Assembly: GCF_021028975.2 (NCBI RefSeq)
Contig: NC_059439.1
Location: 21,142,001 to 21,206,000 of the forward strand
DNA from: Sphaerodactylus townsendi
Taxonomy: Eukaryota
Direction: 5' to 3'
DNA: 64,000 nt
A model generated the notes under the pieces. That model saw nothing but the letters and a program-made list of their open reading frames with translations, was not told the origin of the DNA and searched no databases. A program made the position numbers and the translations under genes. Positions 12,101 to 24,539 of this stretch are shown here, in pieces; positions within the stretch are counted from its first letter, which is position 1; every line of letters begins with the position of its first letter.

Positions 12101-15100
12101 CATGGGGTAGAAAATGTTGACAGAGAGAAATTTTTCTCTCTTTCTCACAATACTAGAACCAGGGGGCATACATTGAAAATGCTGGGGAAGAATTAGAAGT
12201 AAAAACAGTTCTTCACACTGGCGTGTGATTGAATTGATTTGGAATATGCTGCCACAGGAGGTGGTGCCATTTATTAAGCCACTAACCTGGATAGCTTTAA
12301 AAAGGGCTTGGACAGATTTATGGAGGAGAAGTCGATCTCTGGCTACCAATCTTGATCCTCTTTGATCTGAGATTGCAAATGCCTTAACAGTCCAGGTGCT
12401 CGGGAGCAACATCCGCAGAAGGCCATTGCTTTCACATCCTGCACGTGAGCTCCCAATGGCACCTGGTGGGCCACTGCGAGTAGCAGAGAGCTGGACTACA
12501 TGGACTCTGGTCTGATCCAGCTGGCTTGTTCTTATGTTCTTATATCTGGCTTTCCTCTACCAGGGCCAGAGCATTTTCAGTTCTGGCCCCGATCTGCTGG
12601 AATGCTCTGTCGAATGAGACCAGGACCCTGTGGGACTTGTCTCAATTCCACAAAGCCTGTAAGATGGAGCTGTTCTACCAGGCCTATGAATAAAAACAGC
12701 AACAACATATCCTTTTCCCCTTCCCATTGGCCTTCATTTCCTTTAGTTCAGAATCTTATGGTGCAACTGAAGGACTGATACATTGTTTTGGGGGTTTTAA
12801 ACTGGTTCCTTTGTAAGCTGACCTGAGCTCGCCATGGGAAAGGACAACATATAAATCATAAAACCAAGAAAAACAAAGAAGAAAAGTAAGCAGCAAACAA
12901 CTCAAGGAACTATTCTGTGAGAACCTACCTTGCGCTTGCGGGTGGTCAGTACTTGGAAGGGCTGGATCTGTTTTGAATCTGGGTCCCAAGCAACAGCCTC
13001 AGCATCTATGATGCATGACTGCACGGTGCTTTTTTTCACCTGGGCAAGGGAAAGAGCTCAGTTTAGTTGCAACTCTTATGGCAGGAAGGTCCCAACTTCA
13101 GTCATTCTACCACAATAAAACCTCTCATTGATGATAGCAATGCCACTGGTTTCTGATCACACCCTTCGTGTTATGCTTCCAAAAACGTATGCACCTTGGG
13201 AATTCGGCTGACAATGTCAGGATACTTGGATGTGTTATTTTCTTGGTTCCTGCTGTAAATGTGCACTTCCCCATTCTCCAAAATGTGAATCTGCAAGGAT
13301 GGAAAGAAAAATGAACTATAAGAGGAAAGGGGAACAGGAGCTTCTATTTACTGGGTCTGAATTACATTTTCTTACCTGTGCTCGTTCCCCATCATACTTG
13401 TATTCACAGGTGAAAGCTGCTTCCTCAAAGCGTTTTAAGACTTCCCCAATGCCTTTGGTTGGGTGGGCCAGCATTGGCTTCAACGGGATCCCTGTATAGA
13501 AAGGTCATGAGGTTAGGACTTTCAAGACCTGAGTTAGAAACGTAAAGTAACTCAGCTCACAACAAGGGAAAGAGAAGGATTCGGATCACGCAACACAACA
13601 AGGAGGGATGTTCCACAGGAAAGAATGTTACATATTTCCTTGCCCAAGCATGTTTTCCAGTTTTAGCAGGAGTTTTCTCTGGGACAAATACATCCTATGT
13701 GCATGCTTTGCCAACAAGCATATATGTTGGTGTGCATTCCTGACAGGGAATTATGGTGAAAGAAAGTGTAGTAAAGATAATGGGAAAACAGCCAGTTCAT
13801 GTAGTCAGTGAAATGATTAGAAAGCAAATTATCCAAAAGGTCAATAGAAGACTGTGGAGCTTTTTCCATATGAAATATCTGCAAGCTTTTAAATCTAAGT
13901 CAATAATCATGAGGTCCACAATTTAAAAACATATGAAAGTATAAGATGTTTAGAAATTCATGTTCTGTGCTCGATAGCATTTTATTTATCATTCCGTGCT
14001 CACATTCCCATTACATCAGTTGCCTTCCAATATCTGTAGTGCTGTAAATACCTGGTGTGATCTTGCAATGCTGCGGAAGGCTCTCTATCCCATGCTCTAG
14101 CAGGACAGGCACAATAGTGTCATAATTTGGCAATTCACTGAAAAACAAACAACAAAATGACCCACTCCTGCTATGGATGGTGGTTGTTCTAAGGCAGTGG
14201 TTCTCAACCTTCCTAATGCTGCAACCCTTTAATACAGTTCCTCATGCTGTGGTGACCCCCAACCCTAGCATTTATCCATTTTACAGATGGAGAGGGGAAC
14301 ACTGATGCAGAGAGTCTTAGGTGACCCCTGTGAAAAGGGTGGATTCGGAGCCCTCAAAGGGGTCCCAGCGCCACAGGTTGAAACCCACTGTTATTCCTCA
14401 GAGCCTCAAATCCCATGGATTTCACCAAAGTCAGCCATGTTCATAGCCGCTGACTGCTGATTCAAGAAGGACAACCGCCTGCTTCTTCTCTCTTTTAGAA
14501 TCTTAGCTACTGCAGCCTGGAGAAACAAAGATGTGGGAACATCTGGAAAGAGAATACACAATGTTACTAACCAGAAGGCTTGCTTAACAATTAAGGCTCT
14601 CTCATCCAGCCAAGCTTTGCGGGCCTCTGCAGATTTGCCCTTTGAAGCGTCGAGAATCTCTGGGGGGAATTCTGTTCACGGAAAGAATACACACGCACAT
14701 AAGTTATGTTTTTCTCAGCTCTGCAATGTCGGGTCCCACTGCTAGGGAGTGCATATTTTGCATTTCATGATTTCACTGTGCAAACACAAGGATCTATTGT
14801 TATTTGTCTGTTTGTTTTAAAAAGCACCTAGCCCTCAAACTTGCTAAAATTGGCTAAATTAACCCTCTGTAATTAAGACTGAATCAGTTGCTGTGGGCAC
14901 AATGAAGAGAGACTTTGGCATCCGTGCCCTGCTGTCTTGGGGCATCTGGTTGGTGACTGAATGAAAAAAGGATGCTAGATCAGACAGAACTTTGTCCTGG
15001 TCTAGTAAGGCTGCTCTTGCATCCCCATGCTTGGAATCCTAGACAGGATGCTTATTCTGGCTAACCGCAGGACACAAATATCTATCTCACGTAGATAGCA

Positions 15101-18100
15101 CCAGGCTCCTGAAGAACCTCTGTATTCAGAATGCAGACATCCTAGGCTGCCATGGAAAATATACCCAAGTGCGGTACACCAGTTAACTGCCCCTAAGTCA
15201 CCACTGAACACACACGAATGCTGTCCTCTAGCAACGTCCTGAACTCACTTTGTCCTGGAGGCGTCAGTGACGCTGCCTGGGCCAGGGCTGACAGGACAGA
15301 CTGCTCTGCTAGGCCAATCCGCAGCTTCCCTTCCAACGATCTGCAACACACAAAGCATGGCAAGGCTGGAGTGAAGAGTTTGGATCTGCGTTCGTTGAAG
15401 GGGGCAAAGAAGGCAAGCGATGCATCTTGGAAATAACCCAGTGGGTAAAGGTAAAGATGGGGAAAAGACTGCTAAAGAAACTACTGTAGTATGGTTTCAG
15501 GGAAGCTTTTGAGAATTGCCAGACAAATAATCTGAACAGCTAGTATGGTATAGTGATTAGAGCTTTAAATGGAGTATCCAAGGGACTTGCTCCAGTTCCG
15601 GAGGGCCTATAGACAGAGCTGCTCTTGCAGGCCTATGGTTGAAGGCTGCAAGGGTTTTAACTTAAATGGACTCCCTTCCCTTCTCATCCCTCCTTTTTCA
15701 GCTCATTGTTCCATATCATTCCTTTACCCTCATTGTCTTCTTATCTAATAATTCTTGGGCATAAAGATACTGGTTTTTTAATTATGGGTGATTTTATTAT
15801 TATGACATATTAACAGTTGTGAGCTGCCATGAGCCCGCTCAACGAGGAATGGCGGCCTATAATAAATCAAATAAATAAATAGATAACTCCTGCTCAGACT
15901 CAAAGCTTAACTGGTGCTCTTAAGACAATCATATCCTAACAGGATTGCTGGAAGGAAAGAAAGTCTGTGTGTAATACCCTGATCTCCTTGAAGCAAGGTA
16001 GAATGCAAAAACAAACCTAAGCAGACTGATAGAAGGATATAAAGATTTTACAGGCAGGGGTTAGGATAACGAGAGCAGCTGCATAAATGAAAGGGTATCA
16101 TACTCACCGAGCAACATAGCGAGCCTCCGAGTAGCGACAAGCAACAAACAAGGACTTGATAATGTCAATCTTCTTGTTCATGGACTGAAGGGGGAAGAAA
16201 AGGGAGTGAGCTGGTATGAATCCTGAGTGGCTGAGGAAAGGGAAGACTTAATCATGCTAGAGAAGCTTTTTTCCAACGGTATATACTGATAGCCAGTTTA
16301 CAATGAAAGGCTCTTCCAACACACCCTTTGGCAGCAGTGCTAGAGAGGGATTCAGACAGCACTGCTTCCAAAGGTTACCATAGCTTTAATTCCCCTCAAT
16401 GTCCCAAAGGACTCTTTTCCACCCCCAATCTCGACTCTTTCCTATGCGGGATTTCAGCAGCAAGATGCAGTCGATACTGCTACAAGGACTTTCAAAAGCT
16501 TGGCTTGAGGTACCGCTGCGGTCCCCGCCTCCCCAAAATCAGCATTACTCTGTACAGTTTTGGGGTCAGGGGGAGGAAATCACATCTGACCTGTTATAGC
16601 AAAGTATGGGACAAGCTGAACGTATCACAGGCAAACAAGAAGCTTGGAAACCCTCTCTCAGCCCAATGACAGGGTTTCGCCCCTGAACTTACAAGCTCAT
16701 TCACACAATACTTACAGAGCTTCCTGTCATGCGCCCAATTGCCTGTAACTTGCCAAAGACAACAGCAGCACCAAGCTTGGGTGGAGCAAACATGGTGCCC
16801 TGGGTACTGCGGCTACTCTCAGCCACCAAACCCAGGTCTCCCTTCTCTGCTGCCTCTGCCTTGATCTGGTCCAGCTGCCGACCTGTAGGGTGAGGCATGG
16901 CCACAGGGTGAGGCATGGCCACAGAGCCATAGAAGAAAGCTCTTTTCCAATTAATTCTGACCACTGTTATGGTCTTATTGATGTTAACTGTCTGATGGCA
17001 TTTTCATCGAATAATATTAATTGATCCAGCTCACCGGTGGCCTGAGCCAAGGCCTTCATGAGGATGGTTTTGCCAATGCCCAGCTCTAAGCCCTCATATG
17101 ACGGGCCTAGTCGATTGAGGCAAAGGTATACGCAGGGCAGCAAGTCCTCAGAAGACAGAGCAATCACAGAGCGAAACAGGTTGCTCAGAGTCTCTATGAT
17201 TTTCAGCCTGGAAAAAGAATAATATGGTGATCATTGGATTAAATGACAGGATAGAATGCAACGCTGTATCTGTTGCACAGAATCTAGTAAGTCAGCTTAC
17301 CGGGCAGACTCCTCTTCAATCCACTCAAAGGTACGGGCCACAGCCAGATATGGTACCCTGTTGGGTAAAATAAAGGTAAGATGGTGACTCAGGGCTATTA
17401 ACCAAAATCACACAGATCAGCAAAGCTGACTGGGCCCACTGACTTCTCAGAACTCTTATACTGTCTGGTCCTAGAAGGGAAATAAGGAGCCGCGCGGCTT
17501 AGTGGTTAAGTGCTTGCACTGCCACTCACACGATCAGGAGTTCGAGCCCCCTGTGGGTCAGATATCCTGGCAGCTGGCTCATGGTCAACTCAGCCATCCA
17601 TCCATCCATTCCTTGGTTGGTAAATGTGTACCTAGCACATAGCTATGAGGTAAATAGCCGGGGAAAGCAATGGCAAACTACCCCACAAAAACACTTGCCT
17701 ATGAAATCACTGCTTGCAGTGGTACCCCAGGGTCGAACATGACTGAAGGGGAAACTTTACCTTTACTTTAGAAGGGAAATGGGGCTCACAGAATCAGAGC
17801 ACCATCCCCATAGTCCAAAATTACAAACAAGAGTGTCTTCCCAACAATCATCAATCCAGAGCATGGAGTAAACAAGTGGAGAAAAGGTAATTAATCTATG
17901 ACTGGACCAAGTTAGCTAAGACATGTTGTGGAGAAAGCCACCCTCCTCCCGAGTCACTGACCCAGGGCAAATAAGCTATACACCCTATGCAGTTTTGGAT
18001 CATCTTAGCCACTCTTGTCTGGGCAGCAATTTAGATTGCAAAAGCAGCATGAAAGCAATGGCTGAGCATTACAGCCTTTTGAAGTTAAAAGGCCCACCTT

Positions 18101-21100
18101 GGCTTCACTCACCTCTGGCCAGGACCCCAACAAGCATCATGGACAGGATGATAGTTGCTCTTTGTGGGGTTATAATCTGCTGGGGCAACTGTGGGAGACT
18201 GGTTGAGAGAACTATAAAAAAACAGAAAAGAGGCTTGGTTAGTTAAGAATGATGATCGTGTACATTCTAAAGCAGTTTGGAAGTAGTTACTAGCCCACTA
18301 CATTTTAACTAAAAGACACTAGCAACTAGTGTGGGCAATACCAGTAAGACTGCCTGCCTTATTATCTAGCTGCTGAAATAATGCCCTGATCTAGAAAGAA
18401 ACGAGAATAGGTAGAATAGCATATGGGCGTTGCTTCTGCTCTGGAATGAACAGCAATCTAGATTAGTTTCTCTACACACAAAGTGAAAGAAAATGCTCAA
18501 GGTTAGCCTGCAATCCATGAACCCCTTAACAATAAACAGTTACAGCGATTGTACTATTTTTAGAAAGTTAACATGATGTCCCACCCAGTCCAGAGCAGCA
18601 ATATTTGTATATCACTCTTAAATAGATGACTTGTGCAGACAAAAGTTCTTTTACAACTTCTATTACTCACACATGGGACAAACACATCCCAAAAGGCACT
18701 CATTACTTACCTGCCAGTTGCTTTGCCAGACTCACAGCTTCTGACTTCAATGTGGCTCTTTTGCGCAGGCCTATTTTCCTCCACTGCAAGTATCTGTTTT
18801 TTCTCTGCTTTCACAGAAGCTTTCCTAGGGGCTACCATGGGAGAAAGGGGACAAATGTTCCATTTGCCCTATAAACGCAGAATTCACATTTTGGGGGCTT
18901 GATAAATTTGAGGGCATCATTAAAACATTGAGAGGCACCAGGGAAAAGTCTGAAACTTTGGAAGGATCCCACTGTGAGCTCCATTCAATTTGTGAAATGA
19001 GATACTGGAATCGAAAACATCCTTTCTTTCACATAATAATGCCTTTTCTCAGATATGAATACGGGAACCAAATCTCTTTCCACAATCAAGATAGACAGAA
19101 GTTTAAATTCTCATATTTTCAGAAATTCAATACCTACATCGCATAGCAAATTCCAGGCGGAATGAGAGAATATATCCAGTTGTGGCCACGTTCCACAGAA
19201 AATTCTTACTGAAAATCTGTTTGACCCACATATTCAACAAGAAGTGCCACACCTCCTTTATACTCACCAAAAAAACTAGAGATAGATTTGCTGGATGGCT
19301 TGGAGGGTGTCAGAATCTTCTCTTCCTCTGGTTCTTCCTCCTTCTTTTCCTCTGGTTCTTCCTCCTTCTTTTCCCCTGCTTCTTCCTCCTTCTCTGTCTT
19401 AACCTCCACCATCTCAGAATCCTTATCTTTCACATCTTCTACTTCCATTGACTTCTCGTCCGGCTCCTCTTTTATGCCTACACAAGGAGCGATGCCAAAT
19501 ATGCAATAGAATCTGAAGAAGTGCTTGGATTTCTTTTGCACAAATGCAGGGCCACAGAATATTTGCTTCTGACCCAGGCAGAGTCTAACAATACAATCCT
19601 ATTCAGGTATTTTAGTCTATACCCACTGAAATCAAGGGCTTAGAACTGCACTTTGAGACAGCGGCAGGTTCCTTCAATGAAGCAAGGGTATAGGGAACAA
19701 TGTCTGAGTCTGGAAGGCCCCGTGAAGGGCTGAAGACAATCCGAGATCACATTCTTGTTAACAGAAACAAACTTTAGATATCACACTCTGGATATAAAGG
19801 CAGCTGTACACATAAAGAACTAAGCAGAGTTAAAAATGGGAAGATAGAGTCGTACTATGCCTGTAATGACTGCTCCTACACATTTCCTGGCTATCACATG
19901 TTGACAGGAATCATATGTCCCATCCTGCTACCCACGCTTCATACACTAATGCCACTGTGTTCTTCTCTTATCGCTTTATGTTCTCCAGTCTTTCAACTAA
20001 CCCACAGAAAGCACTCACCTTCCCCAGCACCATCTGTCTTCCGTTTTTTGGCACACAGTTCCTCCTCCGCGCTGTCTTGGCAGCCGACGTCTTCCTCCAC
20101 TTTACGTTTAGGGATCTGCTTGCGGGCTGATGGCAGAGGTAAATCATGTTGAGCATCAAGCTGATACTACGCTTTTCTTCTTGACTGCTTAAATATATGG
20201 GGAATGCAACTTCACTGAGATATGAGCTATGTTATGACTAACACCCCAATCCAGAGGGAGTGGTGCAGGGCTACAATGGCGGCTTTGCCTTCCCCACGGC
20301 ACATACCCCAGAGGAGGCACAAATGCACCGGCGAGCAGTTGCCGCAGCCCTCATAATGGCCAGATGCAGCACAGAGCACAACGTCATTGCTGCTGTGCCC
20401 CCACTGCCTTAGTGGAGGTATTCTGGAAATGTGACCAGGGACAGAGCTGACATTAGTTGGCTTCCACCTAACCTTTGCCTGCTAGAACGCCAGCGATGGG
20501 GGCTTGGGCTTATGTCACCCATAGAGTCCAATGGAGAAGTTTCCAATGGTAAAGAGGCTTTTTCTGGTTTTCGCCTCACCGCACTGCCCAGAAGCCCTTT
20601 TGGAGATGGCAGGGTGCTGCTGAAATGGCACAGCATCCTGTCACTGGGGGCTCTGGATTAGGCTGTGCGTTCAGTATCATGTTTCCAGAAGATCAGAGGC
20701 GTAAGCAGCAACCAGATAAATATCTCACTAATGTCGTGTGTGAAGAGAAAGACAAGTCTCACAATCTATGTCTTGCTTGAGAGCCAAAAAAGATGAAGAC
20801 GTACCAGTTCTGCGTCGGGGAATGCTGGAAGGTGAGGGTGAATTAGAGGCAACTGGGCTGGTGCTTGGAGAGATGTTCTCTACAGGTGTCTTTTGTTCAG
20901 GAACACAGTCCGATTCCTAAAAAGGCAGAGCTGCAAGGTCAAAAGGTAAAGACAGAAGGAACAACAGCCAAACAAGGTGCTCTATTCTTGTAAGTGGGGA
21001 GGATAAGAAAACCATGGCTGCAGTCCTAAGAACACTGTCCTAAGAGAAAGCCCCATAGCATAAAATGGGACTAACTTTTTTTAGGATTAAGGTGTAACTT

Positions 21101-23108
21101 ATATCAGGAAAAGAAGAAACGATACAAAAGATATCTGGTGTAGGTTCCAGAATAAGGGAAGGACGCCTGTTTATGCCTTCAATGCATAATCCCCAACCAA
21201 GATAAATTGTAGGAAACTGAAACTGTAACCAAAATAGAAGAATAATCCTTCCTGCTCTGGGAAGGAAAGACAAAACTCTACACTACAGAATTAGAAAATG
21301 AGCACCTATTTTGTTAGTTCAACAAAGATCAGGACAAAGCAGGCAAAGGCCTACCTGCTTTATATCCCCGGCCTTTGTATCCTTTCCTCCTGGTTTCCCA
21401 GAATCTTCTTCACCTCCACCATTAAGGACCTGAGTGGTTGGTTTGGCTACACATTTCTCAGAGGCATCTTCCTGGAGAGTTGTGCCATTCACCAACTGGT
21501 CGGAATGTATCGGTTCCCTGGAAAACATTAAGACCTAACAATAGCACCACTGGACCTCTACCCCTTTCTCCTCCATACACACAGAGCCACGTAAGTACAA
21601 AAGCAATACCTGTTACTAAAACATTTAGGCTTCTTGAGCTGAAATAAACTGAAAGACTACTTCAATGTCCTTTAAAAGTTTAGTAGGCGTACACTACAGC
21701 TCTAAGCAGACAATGAGTGACCATATTCACAGAAATCTTTCTTGACTGCTTCACAGTTCAAGTTTTCCTACTTTCAAGTCCCACCGGCTATAGTACTAAC
21801 CTTCCCCAATTGGCTTATACTGTACAAAAAGAATGGAGAGGTGTGGTTCAAAAGATTCAGTTTTGTCGAACCAGACGATTCCGTGGTTCAAGGTAACTCA
21901 CTTTTTAGGGGTTAGCTTATCTTCTGGTTGCTTCTTCTCTGCTGTTTCTTTTCCAGACTTTATTTGGGTGAGGGGCTGGAAGAATGATCTGCCCAGAAAC
22001 AAACAGTTTACATTAACTCTCCTGCTATATTTCCAACTGCAGAGTTCAATGCAGTTTTTGAAACAATAGGGCCGAGTCCATTAGTACATGTGGCAGGTCC
22101 CCTGTTTAAAAAGTCACCCTCCCTCCCAGTATTAGGGATTATTTTGGTGGCAAAAAGGTCGGGGTGGTCGTTTTATTGCTCCTCAGAGAAAATGTAAAAG
22201 TCACTTAGAAAAACATGTTCCACATTAGTTTGCACTTTGTATTTCCTAGCAATCCTTTGTATTTTGTTTGCATCTAACTTGTTGTACTGGTTAAGAATGG
22301 TGGGCCGTAGTCTGGAGAACCAAGTTTGATTCTCCATTGTTCCACATGAGCGGCAGACTCTACTCTGAAGAGCCAGGTTTGTTTCCCCATTCTTATACAT
22401 GAAGTTTGCTGGATAATCTTGGGCTAATCCCAGTTCTCTCAGAACTCTCTCAGTCCCTCCTGCCTCAGAAGCTATCTGTCGCGGGGAGAGGTAGGGAAAG
22501 AGTTTGTAAGCTGCTTGAGACTTCTTAACGTTGAGAAAAAGCAGCATATAAATCCAAACTCTTCTTCTCTCCAAGAAAAAAAATCATGGATAAATCCTCC
22601 TCTTCAATTTTCAGTTTCAATCCCTCTCACAGGATTTGGGTTTTATACACTTAAACTTGAAGATCTTCTGTAGGGATGCATCAGCAGGACCCAGTAGAGC
22701 CTCAGACCCAGTAGAGCCTGCGCCATCTGTGCCCTCCTGGGCTTCCACGTATGCACATCACAAGACTCACAGGTCACAAGATGCCTGAGTCATGGGTCAC
22801 AAGACCCCCAGATGTGGAATTGACCCAGACGGAGATGTTTCTTCCTGCACGTACACTGCCCCCACAGGCCATGAATTGCGCAACATCCTCCCGCTCTCCC
22901 GCCTTCCCAAAAACCCTAATAAAGGTGCCAAGGACCGCCAGCTCGGCAGAGTAGCCAGATCCATGGATCACGCTATATCGCCACTGGCTTCCAATCGGGA
23001 TGATATCAGCCAAGTGTGTCCTCACCTTTATTCCCTATGCATCGCATCGCAATCTACTTTCAATCTTCCATATTTTCAAGGTGGCACTTACTTGATGGTG
23101 CTCTGCAT
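6146..23108 (-). CDS. LIG1: DNA ligase 1, 26 coding exons, 2814 nt (937 aa), reading frame intact
   Basis: Exons 5'->3': 23108-23092, 21988-21902, 21517-21355, 20916-20805, 20126-20019, 19477-19268, 18831-18711, 18211-18113, 17357-17301, 17207-17035, 16882-16716, 16184-16108, 15340-15249, 14671-14572, 14137-14052, 13491-13376, 13290-13195, 13039-12929, 11597-11526, 11398-11254, 11112-11030, 9454-9302, 8686-8633, 8310-8167, 7332-7240, 6223-6146. All GT-AG with compatible phases. PIP box MQSTIKSFF; motif I EYKYDGER (catalytic Lys 13397-13399); EGLMVK; WLKLKKDY; SLRFPRF. Confidence 0.97.
6990..7196 (+). mobile_element. CR1 LINE 3' fragment
   Basis: gtggtggagtctcct...ggttggacttgatggcc...ttccaact 3' end, homologous to 24290-24470. 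Confidence 0.75.
7466..7970. mobile_element. Non-autonomous hAT-like DNA transposon with internal direct repeats
   Basis: Imperfect terminal inverted repeats (gggtcagcaacct / aattgcagacccctg), aaagagcc subterminal motifs and a duplicated internal ~50-nt block. Confidence 0.6.
8855..8989. mobile_element. Palindromic PIF/Harbinger-like MITE
   Basis: TIR ggccccttccgcacatgcagaataatgcactt and 3-bp TSD TCA (8852-8854 / 8990-8992). Further copies at about 43248-43380, 50332-50472, 50592-50740 and 51065-51205. Confidence 0.8.
9558..9687. mobile_element. Second Harbinger-like MITE family
   Basis: Long TIR ttccgcatgggccaaaaacagc...gctgtttttggcccatgcggaa. Partial copy at 61903-61990. Confidence 0.7.
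9970..10115. mobile_element. Palindromic hAT MITE (about 146 bp)
   Basis: Near-perfect palindrome centred on ggccaattggcc, with 8-bp TSD ctgtaggt. Copies at about 9120-9250, 24969-25114 (TSD atggtgag), 26776-26916, 36277-36333 (half), 38048-38184 and 41789-41934 (TSD atataggg). Confidence 0.9.
10594..10912 (+). mobile_element. Full-length tRNA-derived SINE
   Basis: A-box-like gtggtgtaggagg, B-box-like ggtttgattccc and a (tct)-rich tail. Confidence 0.8.
11912..12545 (+). mobile_element. 5'-truncated CR1 LINE (ORF2 C-terminus + 3' UTR)
   Basis: [43 protein letters not shown] is the CR1 ORF2 C-terminal signature; ends in a gttcttat tandem tail. Confidence 0.92.
14195..14390 (+). mobile_element. 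SPIN/URR1-like hAT MITE
   Basis: Starts cagtggttctcaaccttcctaatgctgcaaccctttaatacagttcctcatg and ends ggttgaaacccactg (imperfect TIR). No intact TSD. Confidence 0.75.
17485..17770 (+). mobile_element. Sauria-type SINE
   Basis: tRNA-like head (ttagtggttaa ... gagttcgagccc) and an actttacctttacttt tail. Confidence 0.75.
22669..23062 (+). mobile_element. Solo LTR of an endogenous retrovirus (394 bp)
   Basis: TG...CA termini, perfect 6-bp TSD ATCTTC (22663-22668 / 23063-23068) and an internal AATAAA at about 22918. Confidence 0.85.
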
Positions 23109-23699
23109 GGTGGATGTCTGGAAGCTGTTGTCAGGGTAACAGCTCAGTCTGCCAGTTCCACAAGGCAAGGAGAGCGGAGTTCATGGAACAGGGTACCTTT
23201 GAGACCTTGTTCTCTCACAGGCAACAACTGATAGAGAATAGGGAAAGGGAGCATATTAGCCATTGCCTGATATTGGTCAGTCTAACAAGTTTCCTGTCTA
23301 TTTTTGTTTGTCCAGAACCTTCGATTGAGGTCTTTTACATCACTTTCCACTGGATCACTTAACTGGAGATTCCAGGAATTGAACCCGGGACCCTCCATGC
23401 AAAATCAGAAAGTCACATTAACATTCGTACACATAACAACATGTGCAAGAAATCGAAAGCACTTTTTCTGCCCCATGTTCAAAAAGGCTCTCTTAAAGCA
23501 GGTTTTTATTGCTTATCAGGTGAAAAGCAACACAAATTGGTTCATACATTGCTCTCTTTTCCCCCCCTCCCAATTATATCTCTACCCCATTCTTTCATCT
23601 AACTACATTTCCTGAAAAAAGTCACAATCTGAGTTAGGCAGCTTAAATGACAGCTGCTTTGAAAAACATGGACCACTGGTCAATTTCATGACTTTTGAA

Positions 23700-24470
23700 A
23701 ATGCTAAGGAATAAAGCCAGCAAGAATATAAAGAAGATAAATGTAAGATCTCAGAAAAAAAATGAAATGCACAGATATAGGATGGGTGACACCTGGCTTG
23801 ACAATAGTACATGTGAAAGGGATCTGGGAGTCTCAGCAGACCACAAACTGAACATGAGTTAGCAGTGTGATAAGGCAGCCAAGAAAGCCAATGCAATTCT
23901 GGGATGCATCAATAAGAGTATATTGTCTAGATCGAGGGAAGTAATTGTACCACTCTACTCTGCATTGGTCAGACCTCACCCAGAGTACTGTGTTCATTCC
24001 TGAGCATCACAATTTAAGAAGGATATTGACAAGCTGGAATGTGTCCAGAGGAGGGCACCCAAAATGGTAAAGGGTCTGGAGTCCATGCCCTACGAAGAGA
24101 GACTTAGGGAGCAGGGGATGTTTAGTCTGAAGAAGCGAAGGTTAAGGGGTCCATGATAGCTATGCTTAAATATTTGAAGGGATGTCATGCCAGAGGGAGC
24201 AAGCTTGTATTCTGCTGCCTTAGAGACTAGGACATGGAGTAACGGATTCAAGGTGCAAGAAAAGAGATTCCACCTAAACATGAGAAAGAACTTCAGGGCT
24301 GTTTGACAGTGGAATTCACTGCCTCGTAGAGTGGTGGAGTCTCCTTCTTTGGAAGTTTTTAAACAGAGGTTGGATGAGCATGTCAGGAGTGCTCTGATTG
24401 TGTATTCCTGCATGGCAGGGGGTTGGACTTGATGGCCCTTGTAGTCTCTTCCAACTCCATGATTCTATTA
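23700..24470 (+). mobile_element. Degenerate CR1 LINE 3' fragment in LIG1 intron 1
   Basis: Typical CR1 ORF2 3' region (...aaggatattgacaagctggaatgtgtccagaggagggca...) followed by a CR1 3' UTR. Confidence 0.85.
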
Positions 24471-24539
24471 AATAGGAAATTATCAATTGGGGCTAATAAA
24501 AGAGCTCCTTCTCCCACCTGTGAGACGTCCAGGTGTAAT

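Noticed and set aside
18248-18330. Intronic C/D-box snoRNA (ATGATGA)
   Set aside because: No suitably spaced D box (CTGA) or terminal stem.
22774-23139. ORFs overlapping the LIG1 start region
   Set aside because: They lie mostly within the solo LTR and show no protein similarity that I recognise.
23109-23230. N-terminally extended (mitochondrial) LIG1 isoform
   Set aside because: The only upstream ATG in this exon opens a short ORF that stops before the main ATG.
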